A stretch of DNA of 64,000 nt, taken from assembly GCF_032062105.1 (NCBI RefSeq), contig NW_026931375.1, positions 248,001-312,000 on the forward strand, given 5' to 3'. This DNA is from Saccostrea cucullata. Lineage: Eukaryota. This document shows positions 1-14,600 of this stretch, piece by piece. The stretch's first letter is position 1; each line of letters starts with the position of its first letter. The notes beneath the pieces are model-generated. The model ran no database searches. It was not told the origin of the DNA and saw only the letters and a list, made by a program, of their open reading frames with translations. The translations under genes were made by a program, and so were the position numbers.

Positions 1-117
1 TTCCTTTCCTACATCAAATAGCTCATACTTAAATGGTCAGCAATGGTAATTGTTGCAAAAGACGTGTAAGTCAAAGAAACGAGTACATTTCATAGATCTT
101 ATTTTTTTTCTTACTAG

Positions 118-2471
118 CTTGCCTTAGGAAATGTGATCTCAGCTCTTGGAGACAAGGCCAAGAAAGGTTGTCATGTTCCGTACAGGGACTCTAAGTTAAC
201 TCGGCTACTGCAGGACTCGCTCGGTGGAAACAGGTAGGAAGAAAATACATGTATTGGCTGCAGATTTTACTGTATTTTGAAATTTGACATGCAAATCTTA
301 AGAGAATCTTTATAAACAATGTGTGTTTTATGAATATATTACGTTATATTATATTATTTTTGTGACATAATCTGACATTTTTGTTTCCAGTCGGACCCTG
401 ATGATTGCCTGTATATCCCCGTCAGACAGAGACTTCGTAGAGACACTGAACACTCTGAAGTACGCTAACCGAGCTCGTAACATTAAGAACAAGGTGATAG
501 CCAATCAGGACAAGGCTTCTAAACAGATGGCCGCCCTGAGAGCGGAAATTCTTACACTTCAGCAGGAACTGAATGAATACAAAACAGTAAGCTGGAGAAT
601 TAAAGATTCAGTTTCTGTCTATATGTTAGAGTTTGCTGTATAGCAGAGACAGCCTTTTTACATTTTGAAAAGCAAAAAGTTGGTTAAGAACAGTGCATTT
701 TACAAATGAAAATGTTAAATTCTAATACAGTTAATTTTTCATAGTGGAAAATCTTAAACATAAATTGTAACTTAATAAACCAAAAATGTAATCAGTATAC
801 ATGTAACTGAATATTTTGCTTAGATATTTACTGTTTTACAAAACAATTTCAGGGGAAGCGTAGGGTGGATGAAGATGGAGTGGAGACAGTGAATGACATG
901 TTCCATGAGAACACTATGTTACAGACAGAGAATGATAAACTGAGACAGAGAATCAAAGCCATGCATGAAACCGTGGAGATGTTAACCAAACGGAACTCAG
1001 ACCTGCTGGCTGAAAAGGCGGTGCTGGGGGTGTATAATATATCTGGTAATGTCACATGAAGACAATTGTTGATCATATATTAACTGCTAATCAGTTAGAA
1101 ATTATTGAAGGAATAACAACATCTGCATTGGCTTCACATCATCCACGGATTGTTAATTTTAAAAAATGGTGAAAAATGATTTAAATATATGGTTTATTTT
1201 TAACTTGCTTTAAGAATTCAGTATTAACATAAATGAGTTATGTCTTTAAATACTTCAGAGGATGCAAGGGACAGTGAAGTAACAAAACTGATAGAAAGTT
1301 ATGTCAAAGAAACAGAAGAGCTCAGGTGATTATGGAAGGCAATATAAATGATTTTAAAAGTTCTTAGTTTCCTATTCTTTAATGATCTGCTTAATCTGTG
1401 GTATGATTTCTACAGGGCTAAGCTGTTGGAAGCTGAGCACACAGCTGATCAGTTCAGGAGGAAGAATGTTGCGTCTCGAATGGGGAGCAGCCTGTCCCTG
1501 ATGAACGAGCCCGTGAGTCCGATCTCACCGGGTCACATGACCGGGAGTTACATGGGGTCAATGTCAGGTCACATGTCTGGGAGTTTTATGGGATCAATGA
1601 CAGAGAGCCGTCTCTCCATTATAGAGGAGGCCAAGCGGGACGTCAGCCGAATGAAGAAACTGAAGAAAATGAAGAAGAAAATGTACTCCAAAACTAGGTC
1701 AGTTATTTGAAATAATCATTTTAAAAAATGATGTATGAAATATATTTATCATTGTTATGCATGAGAAGTAAGTGGTAGTCCCAAAGTCGTTTAAGTTCAG
1801 TATGTTTACATCTATGATTAAATTGAATTATTACTGAATTATTTTAGTGAAAAAGAGGACAACTTCGATGATGAAAAGGATCAGAATGAGGCAGAGCAGA
1901 ATGGAGATGACATGAATGAAGAAGAGGGAGAAGATAATGAAGAAGAAAATACTGAAGACATCAATGAAGGAGATGATGAGGATAGATTAAGTGCAGATGT
2001 AAGTCATTAAACAAAAAAATTTATTACCCTAGACTTAGCTTTGTTAATGGGACATTTGTCATAGTATAGTCTTTGATTATCTATGCGTTTCTTTATAATA
2101 CTTTGTTTTGAAGCAATTCTTAGTTTGCAGAAAAATTATTTAAAGTAACAGTGCATCATGCATGTTGTCTAAAAAAGTATTTACCTTTCTATCTTTTGAA
2201 CAGCTGAATGGAGATGATGAAGAAGACGATGATATGGAAGAAGAGCTGGAGAATCTGTCTTCATCAGATTCAGACTCAGATTTTGAAGATAAAGGTAAAT
2301 ATCTATGTTTATTTACTTACATCTAGTTATATGTATAATTAATGTATATAAAATACTATGAAGAATTGTAATTTTGTGTATTGAACATGCAGCCTTTGCG
2401 GATCCTTTGATGGAGTACCTGTGGTGTTATGGAGGTGAAAAGTAGCTTCCTGTGTGTGTGTGTGTGTGTTG

Positions 2472-2514
<43 letters not shown>

Positions 2515-2585
2515 CATTTTGTCTGTAGTCCGTCTGTCTGTCTGTCTGTCTGCCTGTAAACTTTTCACATTTTCGACTTCTTCTT

Positions 2586-2676
<91 letters not shown>

Positions 2677-5600
2677 CATTCAAGGGGAGATAATTGGGAA
2701 TTAATAAAAATTTGGTGGTATGTTTTAAAAATCTTCTTCTCAAGAACCACTGTGCCAGGAAAGATGAAACTTATATGGAAGCATCCTCAGGTAGTGTAGA
2801 TTCAAATTTGTTCAAATTATGACCCCCGGGGGTAGGGCGGGGCCACAATGGCCGACCAAAGTATATAGAAAAATCTTTAAGAAATCTTCTCAAGAAAAAC
2901 AAAGACATAATTGATCAAATTTATATGGAAGCATCCTCAGGTAGTGTAGATTCAAGTTTGTTCAAATCATGACCCCCGGGGGTAGGGCGGGGCCACAATG
3001 GCTGACCAAAGTTTTACATAGAAATATATCGGAAAATTCTTTAAAAATCTTCTTCTCAAGAACCACTGTGCCAGGAAAGATGAAACTTATATGGAAGCAT
3101 CCTCAGGTAGTGTAGATTCAAATTTGTTCAAATCATGACCCCCGAGGGTAGGGCGGGGCCACAATGGCTGACCAAAGTTTTACATAGAAATATATAGGAA
3201 AATTCTTTAAAAATCTTCTTCTCAAGAACCACTGTGCCAGGAAAGATGAAACTTATATGGAAGCATGCTCAGGTAGTGTAGATTCAAGTTTGTTCAAATC
3301 ATGATCCCCGGGGGTAGGGCGGGGCCACAATGGCCGACCAAAGTTTTACATAGAAATATATAGGAAAATTCTTTAAAAATCTTCTTCTCAAGAACCATTG
3401 TGCCAAGAAAGATGAAACTTATATGGAAGCAATCTCAGGTAGTGTAGATTCAATTTTGTTCAAATCATGACCCCCGGGGGTAGGGCGGGGCCACAATGGC
3501 CGACCAAAGTTTTACATAGAAATATATAGGAAAATTCTTTAAAAATCTTCTTCTCAAGAATAACAAAGACATAATTGATCAAATTTATATGGAAGCATCC
3601 TCAGGTAGTGTAGATTCAAGTTTGTTCAAATCATGACCTCCGGGGGTAGGGCGGGGCCACAATGGCCGACCAAAGTTTTACATAGAAATATATAGGAAAA
3701 TTCTTTAAAAATCTTCTTCTCAACAATAACAAAGCCATAATTGATCATATTTTTATGGAAGCATCCTCAGGTAGTGTAGATTCAATTTTGTTCAAATCAT
3801 GACCCCCGGGGGTAGGGCAGGGCCAAAATGGCCAGCCAAAGTTTTACATTGAAATATATAGGAATTTTTTTTGAAATCTTTTTCTCAAAAATTGCATAGC
3901 CATAATTGATCAAATTTATATAGAAGCATCCTCAGGTTGTGTAGATACATGTTTGTTCAAATCATGACCCCAAGGGGTAGGGCGGGGCCACAATGGCCGA
4001 CCAAAGTTTTACATAGAAATATATAGGAAAATTCTTTAAAAATCTTTTTCTCAAGAATAGTAAAGTCTTAATTGATCATATTTATATGGAAGTATCCTTA
4101 GGTAGTGTAGATTCAAGTTTGTTAAAATTGTGACCCCCAGGGGTAGGGCGGGGCCAAGATGGCCGATTAAAGTTTTACATAGAAATATACATGTATAGGG
4201 AAATTCTTTCAAAAATCTTCTTCTCCAGAATAGAAAAGCTATATAATTGATCATATTTATATGGAAGCATCCTCAGATAGTGTAGATTCAAGTTTGTTGA
4301 AATAATGACCCCGGGGGGTAGGGAGGGGAGCAAAATGGCCAACCAAAGTTTTACATAGAACTATATAGGAAAATTCTTTAAAAATCTTCTTCTCAAGAAT
4401 AGCAAAGCCATGACTGGTCATGGGACTACTTTTGGATTTAAACTTTTCAATAATAAACCAATATCTACTTTTTCCTAGCCACAGTGCTCAGGTGAGCAAT
4501 GTGGCCCATGGGCCTCTTGTTGTTTTAATTTACCTTTTTGTGCTCTTTATTTTAGGTTTTGTAGTATTTTAAGTTCTTAGCAATGATTTGATTATACAGT
4601 GTATAATTCTAGACTTCAAGAACAAAGGTTCAAACTCTAATTAACATGTCCCCCTCACCCCTTCTTGTTCCCCCATCTTTTAGCCTATTTAATATCCATA
4701 CAGCAGTACTAAATGAGTTTCCATTTTATTTTACATTTGAGCTCTACAAATATTTTGTTTATTTTTTAATCTGACAGGTTTATTTGTGCATGTTTGAGTA
4801 CTAGTATCTATACTTTACTACAGATGTTAAATATACTTAATGTGAAACTTACATTTACAATTTTAAAAAAAGCACTACCACATATCATCAATGATGTCTT
4901 ATTTAATAACTATAAACTATTGAAACTGTCAATTTATAATTATTTTACAATTTTTCCAGATTCAGATAACCTACATGAGGACCTAGCTGAGCTTACGTGT
5001 AGTATATCTATAAAACAGCGGCTTGTGGAGGAGCTAGAACAGGCTCAGAAACAGGTCCAGGCAGTCCGTCACCAGTACGAGGAGAAAGTCCGTCAATTAC
5101 AGTCCCAGATCCGAGCCACGGAGGAGGAGCGAGACAAAGTCCTGTCCAACATCAGCAGTGTGGAGAGCGAGTCCATGGGAAAGGTCAAAAAGGTCAAGGA
5201 GGAGTACGAGAAGAGACTGACCACCCTCCAGAACGACCTGAAGAAGACAGAGCAAGCCAAGCGTGACTACGCCCGCATGCAGAAGCAGTCATCGTATCAT
5301 GAAAAACAGCTGAAGACCCTGCAGCATGATTTGGCAGAAATGAAGAAAACTAAGGTACTTTGTGTATATCATGGATTTGAAATACGAAACTTTAGAGCTA
5401 TTGAAAATTTTCTCATAACAGTGCATATAGTGTGTGTGGAGTTCCTCTGTAATTTTCTCGAACATAAATGCATACTAATCCTTAAATAAAGATAAAAATA
5501 AAAAACTCTGATGTTTAATAAGGATTTAGAAGAATGCAACAGAAATAGAAATTTAAAGGAAAAAAAGATACAAAGTTGTTGAAAGATATACCCTTTTGAC

Positions 5601-8600
5601 GCATCCTCGAAAATTGTGTCTAAAGATAGAGTTTTAAACATAAAGTGGAGGGAAGTTTGTGACTTTGTGAGAGTGACTTTAAGTAAATTTCGTTAAAGCC
5701 ATTAACACAATTTGCCTTTATGTGTGTAGGTGAAGTTGATGAAGCAGGTGAAGGAGGAGTTAGAGAAAGGTAAAGCTGTAGAGGCTCGGAGAACTCGCGA
5801 GGTGGCTCAGTTACGTAAGGACCAGGTCCGCAAAGAGAACATGATCCGCAACCTGGAGAAGGAGAAACGCCAGAAAGAGGCTGTACTTAAACGCAAACAA
5901 GAGGAGGTAACTCTTTATGTCTTCACTCTCTATACATCTGAATTTGGGGGATGGCTAAGGTACATGGTTTTATTTTTCCCTGTTTTTATTTCTGATGTAT
6001 GGACATTTAACCTAACAGATAATGAAATTAATGTTCATGACTATTTTTTAATAATTTTCCCCCCATTTTTTCATGTGAATTGAACTGGACAATGTGTTAT
6101 GCACCAATATACATTTCATTTCTTCCTTCTTTGATCCCTTCAATTTTGCATAGTTATTTTTATCCATTCATTTTCATACACTGCTATACCTGTGCCTATG
6201 CCTTTTATATGACCTGATGTTCAATAATTTTCTTGATGGAAACCCATTCTTTCAGTTGAATGCCAGCATTGAAAAAATCACACGAGAGGTAACATTGTAC
6301 CGGCTTATCACTCATGCTACGTATTCTTTACATGTTACACTGTACTTCATACTACTGTAGTCATAAATATCAATTAGGACGGGTATATAGAGTCAGTATA
6401 TAGATGTCTTAGAGATTTCTCTATGTTCATAATGCAATCTTTTTTTTTATTATTGGTAGATCCTCTGATTTTTAGCTCACCTCAACGAAGTTGGGGGGAG
6501 CTTATGTGATACCCTCGGCGTCGGCGTCGGCGTCGGTGTCGGCGTCGGTGTCGGCGTCGGCGTCGGCGTCCCGGGTTAAGGTTAAGTTTTTTGGAGCAGT
6601 TTTTTTTTAAGTACTTCGATGTCCTATATTGATTAGGCATGCATGGAAGATGTTTCTAGTGTGTTTCATTGTACCAGTCAAAGTTTCAGATGCTGCAATT
6701 TCAGCAAAGGAATGACCAGGTTAATGTTTTTGGTGCAGGTTAACATTTTTGGTGCAGTTTTTGGTGTAGGTCTCATTTCCGAGTAACTATAAGCCCTATG
6801 TTGACCAAACTTACATGGATGATACATCTTAGGGTGCATACAACCAGCCTTGCTTCGGATGCTGTATCTGACCTACATTTTCCGGTTGAGTGAACAGGTT
6901 AAAGTTTTTGGTGCAGGTTTCATTTCCAAGTTACTATGAGACATATAATGACCAAACTTGCATGGACGGTACATCTTAGGATGTATTCTACTAGACTTGC
7001 TTCGGATGCTGAATCTGACCTACATTTTCCGGTTGAGTGAACAGGTTAAAATTTTTGGTGCAGGTTACATTTCCAAGGTACTATGAACCCTATAACGACT
7101 AAACTTGCATGGATGGTACATCTTAGGATGCATACTACCAGCCTTGCTTCGGATGCTGAATCTGACCTACATTTTCCGGTTGAGTGAACAGGTTAAAGTT
7201 TTTGGTGAAGGTTTCATTTCGAAGATACTTTGAGCCCTATAATGACCAAACTTGCATGGACGGTACATCTTAGGATGTATTCTACTAGACTTGCTTCGGA
7301 TGCTGAATCTGACCTACATTTTCCGGTTGAGTGAACAGGTTAAAGTTTTTGGTGCAGGTTTCATTTCCAATTTACTTTGAGACATATAATGACCAAACTT
7401 GCATGGATGGTACATCTTAGGATGCATATTACAAGACCTGCTTCGGATGCTGAATCTGACCTACATTTTCCCGTTGAGTGAACAGGTTAAAATTTTTGGT
7501 GCAGGTTTCATTTCCAAGGTACTATGAACCCTATAATGACTAAACTTGCATGGATGGTTCATCTTAGGATGCATACTACCAGACTTGCTTCAGATGCTGA
7601 ATCTGACCTGCATTTTCTGGACGAGTAAACAGGTTAAAGTTTATGGTGCAGGATTCATTTCCAAGTAACTTTGAGCCCTATAATGACCAAACTTGTTTGG
7701 ATGGTACATCTAAGGGTGCATTCTACTAGGCTGGCTTCGGATGCTGAATCTGACCTACATTTTCTGGATTAGTGGAAAAGTTAATTTTTTTATACAGGTT
7801 TCATTTGCAAGTAACTTTAAGCCCTATGTTGACCAAACTTGCATGGATGATACTTCTTAGGATGCACACTAATGTACTTGCTTCAGATGCTGAATTCGAC
7901 ATACATTTTCCCGATAATAAACCTCGTAAAAGTTATGGGTGCAAGTCTATCACCAAGAAACTATAAGGCTTATATAAACCAGTTGCACAAATGATGCATC
8001 AAGGGATGAAAACTCTCAATCTTGCTTCAGATGCTGGATTTTAATTACATTTTTATGATGAAGAACTAGTTTTAAGTTTTTATATAGGTCTATTCCAAAG
8101 TATCAAAATTGCATAAATTTTGCACTTTTGGAATGTACACTTTTTGTTGGTTAATTGTGTGACTTTGCCTTACTTAAAGACAACACACGTTGAGGTGAGC
8201 TCTGTAATCTCTGATTACCTATGTTTGTGTCTTTCAAGTAGAATCGTTTGTTTAAATCAATAAATGCACATGTAAGAGAACTTCTGTATGTGCTGTATTA
8301 AAAGTAGTGCATTTATTTTAAAAATTTCTCCTCTGTGTTAAATGATGTTCATTTCAGAAAATCAGAAATTATAGATAAAATTTGTTCAAAACCATATCTT
8401 ATGTATATGTGTATGGTATGATAAAGTAGCAGATTATGTATTTTACATGTGGTACTGGTGTCTTAAAAAACAAAGCATGAATTGGTTTATTGATAATCCA
8501 GTAGGGATGTGGAATTGGGTATCTGGAAAGCTCCATTTTATGTAGATATGTCAGAAAGTGTCTTTAGATGTCTCCTAACTGTTAGGAAAAGCCAATTATT

Positions 8601-11600
8601 GTAATGTCCATAAGAATTTTAAAAATGTAAAATTCATTCCTTCTGGTAACAATTCATTTTTGATAGTCTTTTTTGTTATTAAAGAAACAGCTGAGAACAG
8701 CTTGAACAATATAGCTTTCATTAGCCTGAATTAATATCTTGTGTATCCAGCATTTACATTAAATAATAATATTCAAGATGTGCAAGCTTATTGTTTTTGT
8801 TGTGCACCAATTTCTTTTTTATACAAGGAGTTATAAAGAAAGAAAATTTTAAAATTCCTTTAGGAAGTGTATTTAATTAAAATTTTATATACTCTCTTCA
8901 TTATACATTATATCTATGTTACATACATGTATTTAAACGTGTATCCCGTGTGTTAAGAGTCTGGCATATTGCTTATCAGATTTATGTGTATGTGTACAGC
9001 TTTTTAACATTGTGTCTTTTCACTACATGGAAATGTGTACTCATGCATTGCTTTTGAGTTGATTGTGCATTAATAAGATTATTTTAATTTCCTATAATTG
9101 AAGCACACTTCCAATCTTTTATTTCTTTATAATAGGTTGAAGCTCTGAGAAAAAAAGACAAAAAACCAATGTCATCCATGGCTGCTGGTAGAATAGCTAA
9201 ATATGACCGTCCCAAAACCATACCTGTGGGTAGGTAGTCACTTAGGACACGGGTTTCAATTTGTCAAATGGAATTAGGAAATACTGTAAAGGTTGAAGCT
9301 GTGAGAATGTGGAAATGTTGATGAAATTAACAAATGAGCAAAAAAATTTCAAGGTTTCCTCTCGTCAACATTTACATTCTTGTTCAAGAGCTTCTTTTAT
9401 TATAATTAGATTGTCAGAGTTTTCACCCACCCCATTTTCTTAGATGTCAAAATTGCCATACTTTTTAACTCTTCAATATTACCATGTTTTATGTGTAATT
9501 GTTGTGAATTCAATATTATTGTAGCTCCATTTACCTCGTCCTCACCTCGTAGGAAGAAGCGTTCAGAGTTCAGCGCCAAGGCCGCCAAACAGAAGTGGGA
9601 TACACTGGAGAAAAAGGTTCAGTTGTTTATCTGTAGGAATGAGTAAAACCTGTATAATCATCAGAAAGAAAAAGATGCAGTTGTAATCTATATGAATGAA
9701 TGTACAGTAAAAGCTGTATAATCCACACACCATAGTTCTGTAGAGATTGACCAGATTAGACATCTCTCTAGATTACACCACATTGAAATTGAATGTATTC
9801 GACAAGATTTTGGAGTATACAACATCTAGATTAGACAAGTTTCTCTATATATTTATCATTACCCTCTGGAAACCTGCTGGTATCCACAATGAACATTTCT
9901 ACTGCTACATTATTACATCATATGTCTCACTTTTTGCACAGATTTCTAATGTGATAACGAAAAAACAGACCATCATCAACATGGAGAAAGATATGGATAT
10001 CTGGCTAAAGGTAAAAAAGATTATCACATTTGATTGTTTACATTTTGGTTATTTATACATGTACCTAGGATGTGAAAATGTACATGTATGGAGAATGCAT
10101 TGGCCATTCTATATTGTAGGAGAGAGAAAGTGTCTGCAAGAAGCTCGACAAATTCTGCAGAAAAAGAGATGTAGCCATTAAAGAGGGCAAAGTAAGGGTA
10201 TTTATAGAGTAACATTGTTTCACTGAGTATCTATCAAACTGAGTTTTTGCATATACAGTCAAACCTCAGACTTGAAAATACCAAGAAAAAAACTTCGAGA
10301 TGGCAGATTCAAAATATCAAGGGTAAAATACTTTAGGAATAAGTGGTTGGGACTTGCATATCCATGGTAATTGAGATTATAATGTTCAAGGTACCGGAGT
10401 TCAACTATAACTAAAGAGAGGGGATTCTTGCTTAGATGTGTTACATGATCTTTATTTCTTATATTTATTTTTATCAGGATGACTCGGTGATAGGAGAACT
10501 GAACTGTGTAATAGGAATGCTGCAGGGTCAGGTCCAGTATACACAGGAATACATCTCTGAGTGCCAGTCACAGATCATGCAGATCGAGGAAGCCAAGGCA
10601 AGCTTTCTAATTACAAAATTATTTTTATTTGATAGAATCTTTGGGAATAATTTTTTGTACATCATCTTCGCCCATACATGCCAACTTTTGAAAATTCCCA
10701 TGAGGGATTTAGCGCATGATGACAATTTTCAAAGCTTTAAATTCGCGACATTTTGTCGTGAAATTAAATGATTATATGAAATGATCTTTTTGAAATTTAT
10801 AATATATTGATATCACTTATCAATACAACTTAGGAATTAATTTAACACAAAAAATAATGTTTTCTTTCCAAAATTGAATTATTTTTTGCTAAAATAGGTG
10901 CCTCTCTCACTAAAGAAGGGGTATTTAGTTACATATGTAAACATTTTTTTTCTACCAGGACACATAATTTAGTGAAAAATTGAAAATTGTTCAACTTTTA
11001 AATCATTTTTTTTTTCAAAGGCTAAAAAAAAAAATAATGAGGTTTTGATACTGTAAAGTCCTGTTTCTGGAAACATTTTTGAGATTTTTTATTTATATTT
11101 CAATAAATTAGAAATTCTAATAAGATATTAAATTTACAGAAATTTATACCACCTATCTAAAAGAGAATTATTTTTTTTACAGTCATGAAATTTGTCAGGC
11201 TTAATGGTGCCATGTGGGTACTTCCTTAAGTCATGCACATACCTTAACATATTACGTTTGGGAGAAGGGAGGGAAAAGAAATTCTAATTGACATACACTT
11301 GATTGTTTCATCTTAATTTTTTCATAACATTTTAACTGGCAAACTTTACAATATTTTTCATTACAGGTAGATAAAATCTGCAGCTACGCTTTGTAGTTTT
11401 CTACTTTCGTTTTCAAAAAACGATCTCTTTGGATTCTGATTTTATGGTTTGATTAGTATTTTATTGTCTTTAATGTATGTTTTTAATAAAATGAATAATA
11501 GTTATCACGTTAATCTATGTGTTTCACCTTTCACACCCCTTAAAACTGACAAGATAATCCCCTAATTGCCCCAAGCTACAAACTACTCGTACCTGAACAA

Positions 11601-14600
11601 CTGCGTGCGTTCAAGCATGAAGTGATTTCCTGTGGCTAGGCCTAATTAACACCTGGTTAAATAAACAATGAAACCTATCTGTGTGCATTGAATAAACAAG
11701 TCCGACATTGTTATCCCGATTGTCAAAATTCAGCGGTAGGGAAACTTTTAAAATCTGAAATTTTATGGTAATTTTTTTCAAATCGGGAAATTAGGGCAAT
11801 TTTTCTCTCCCGATCGGGAAGGCAGGATGAAAGGGTAAAATCGGGAGGACCCCGCCTGAATCGGGAAAGTTGGCATGTACATGTATGTCTTCACCTCTTG
11901 CTTAAATAATTAATAAAATGATAAATATCTACATCATATTCTACATTAATCTTTGTCTTTCAAGTGGTGTGAAGACTGACTGTTGTACCTTTTATAACAT
12001 TGTACCTGTATTTTGTAGGAGGATAATGAAGGGTTTGATACCACAGATTTGTTCAATAACTGCTCTTTAGAAGAAACCAGATATTTACTAGAACACTTCA
12101 TACAGACTTCTATAGGAAGGGTACAGTATTTAGTTTTGCTGTTTACAAAATGGCAGCAAACTTGCATTCGTGATAATGTATTAAGTTTGAGGTAAATCCT
12201 TTACATCTGTGTGGAGGTTAGTCAATCCTATTGCAGCCCAATGGGGCTTGGCTCTTCTTAAATCCTGTCTGTGTCTTTGAAGGAAGTTTATCAGTGTATA
12301 TCCTGCTCTTGTAGGCCCTGGCTTATTGTTCATAATGTTACTATGTTATGTAGGGTTTATATAGGCACAGTTAATTCTATTCAATAGGGCCTGGCTCTCT
12401 CTCAGAAGGAGAATGAGTTGAAGGAGATTAGAGAGATGCTGCACCAGACTGAGTTAAACAACACTCTACAGCAGGACCTCCTCAAACACATGATCAACGA
12501 CCAAGTGGGCATCGAAGTGGACAATCTCATGACCAATGCTGCGGATGGTACGTTTCTTTTTTAACACATAAAAACTGATATGAAACTTTCTACATTCTTT
12601 TTTTTATCCCTAATTGCCCTAAGATTAAAGATCAGAAGGTCTGAGAATTTTTATAAATTTGACTGACCCTACCATTGCTGTCATTGTAACTGTTGAATTA
12701 AATGTACAGTCAAACCCCATTATCTCAAACTCAAAATTGATACATGTATATCTGGGGGTTTAAGATACTGAAGTTAGACTTTGTAATAAAAGGCAGTTGG
12801 GATTTCCAGCTGACTTTAAAATATCTTGGTATGAATTTCAACTGTTTAAGAGATAAAAACAAAAATGTTTTGCAAGGGATGGCTTCAATTTTTTGTTGTT
12901 GCAAAAATCAGACTTTATGCCATTGGTTATGTAGAAGTCTGCTTTAATTTAAATTTAGCTTTGTTTGCAGATAGACTTTGACTGAAAATGTTAATCATAT
13001 TAAATATTTTCAAAATATTTTGTTTGAATTTTGACACTATATTTCAATAGGTTGTCCTATTGTCAGGTACCTTTAGGTTTGTTTGCATTGCTATTAGGGC
13101 TGAAACGATACGCCCCCTCCACGATACGATACATATTGCAATACTTGTGTCACAATTCAATTTTTTCAATACGATACAATTTAAGAACGAAACTATTCAT
13201 AAGGTTAAAGGAAACGTATTCAGATTTCAAAAAAAAAGAGTAAAAGGTGGTGATACAATAGAAATATACTACCAGGGGTATGCAATTTAAAAATTCAAGT
13301 ACTAGCCCACTAGCCCCAAGTAAAAAGTTACTAGCCCAAATACAGGGACAAAAATTAAAATAAAACTAATGTTGAAAAAAAATTAATCATTGAAAAAGTC
13401 AGGGTACTAAGGTCATTCTTTTGAAAATTAAAATTTTATTCTCCCTATTAAAATTAAATCATATAAAACTAATGATTATGACAGAAAATAAAAATGAATT
13501 TTAAAAAATTATCTAAGATCTTTCCTTTTCTGATTATTTTGCACTAGCTCATTTAGAATGAAAATAAATTCATTTTGTTTTCATATTAAATCCTTAAATA
13601 CACTAGAAATATATATTTCATGTGAATCACACTGATCTTTCAGTTGTTTGAGTGATCTTAAATAATTTAATGAGATATCTGCATGTATTTACAATAAACG
13701 GAGGAATGGAGGAAATTCGGATTAGGAAAAAAACCGATCGTTTTTGGAAGTAAATAAGTCAGGAAGTACTGCAAAATGGAGAAAATTATGGAGATTTATT
13801 GACAGTAGGAGCATGCTGCCTGGAAAATATTCACTGGTTTTGAATTTGATATCAAAAAATGAGTAAAATATCGGTTGTACTTTTCATGTATTACATGCGT
13901 AGTTATAATTTTTACTAGCCCGAATTTACTAATTTGTTAATAGCACATCTCTGATACCTGTGGTTCTGTTGATTAAGAACACTTTATTCGTATAAATAAT
14001 AGCAGAGGCAGCCTACTCTGAAACTTTACCGTCCCAATTTTCTCCCTCGTGTGTGTCAAACTGTTAAAATAAGGTCGAACCCGATCTATTTCAAAGAGTT
14101 AACCAAACCCGATTATAAAAAACGTATTGAACCGAAAATCGAGATGGTGAATCGAACATTGAACCGAGCACTTATATCGAACAATATCGATATTTCGGTG
14201 AATCGTTTCAGCCCTAATTGCTATTCATTCTTGGGTTTACAGATAATCCATAATTTCTCAATTTTTTAGCTCTACTGGTCAGAGACCAGAAGAGCTTATG
14301 CGATAGTAATGCGTCCGTCGTCCGTCCGTCTGTCCGTCTGTCTGTCTGTCTGTCTGTCTGTAAACAATTTTTCAAAATGCTACTCCTCCTACAGTTTTAG
14401 TCTGATTTCAATATAACTTGGCACACAAGTAGACTACACTAAGATACATAATTCTGTTTATCGGTTTTTGATTTCGATGAACGGTGTTGCCGTGGTTACT
14501 AAAAATAGAAATTTCTGTGAAATTCTTTCAAAATGCTACTCCTTCTACAGTTTTAGTCTGATTTCAATATAACTTGGCACACAAGTAGACTACACTAAGA

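Noticed and set aside
2477-2743. ORFs inside HINE elements (also 4051-4254, 7772-7966, 22482-22745, 42212-42466, 46183-46427)
   Set aside because: They lie within non-autonomous repeat cores and show no Rep/helicase or transposase motifs.
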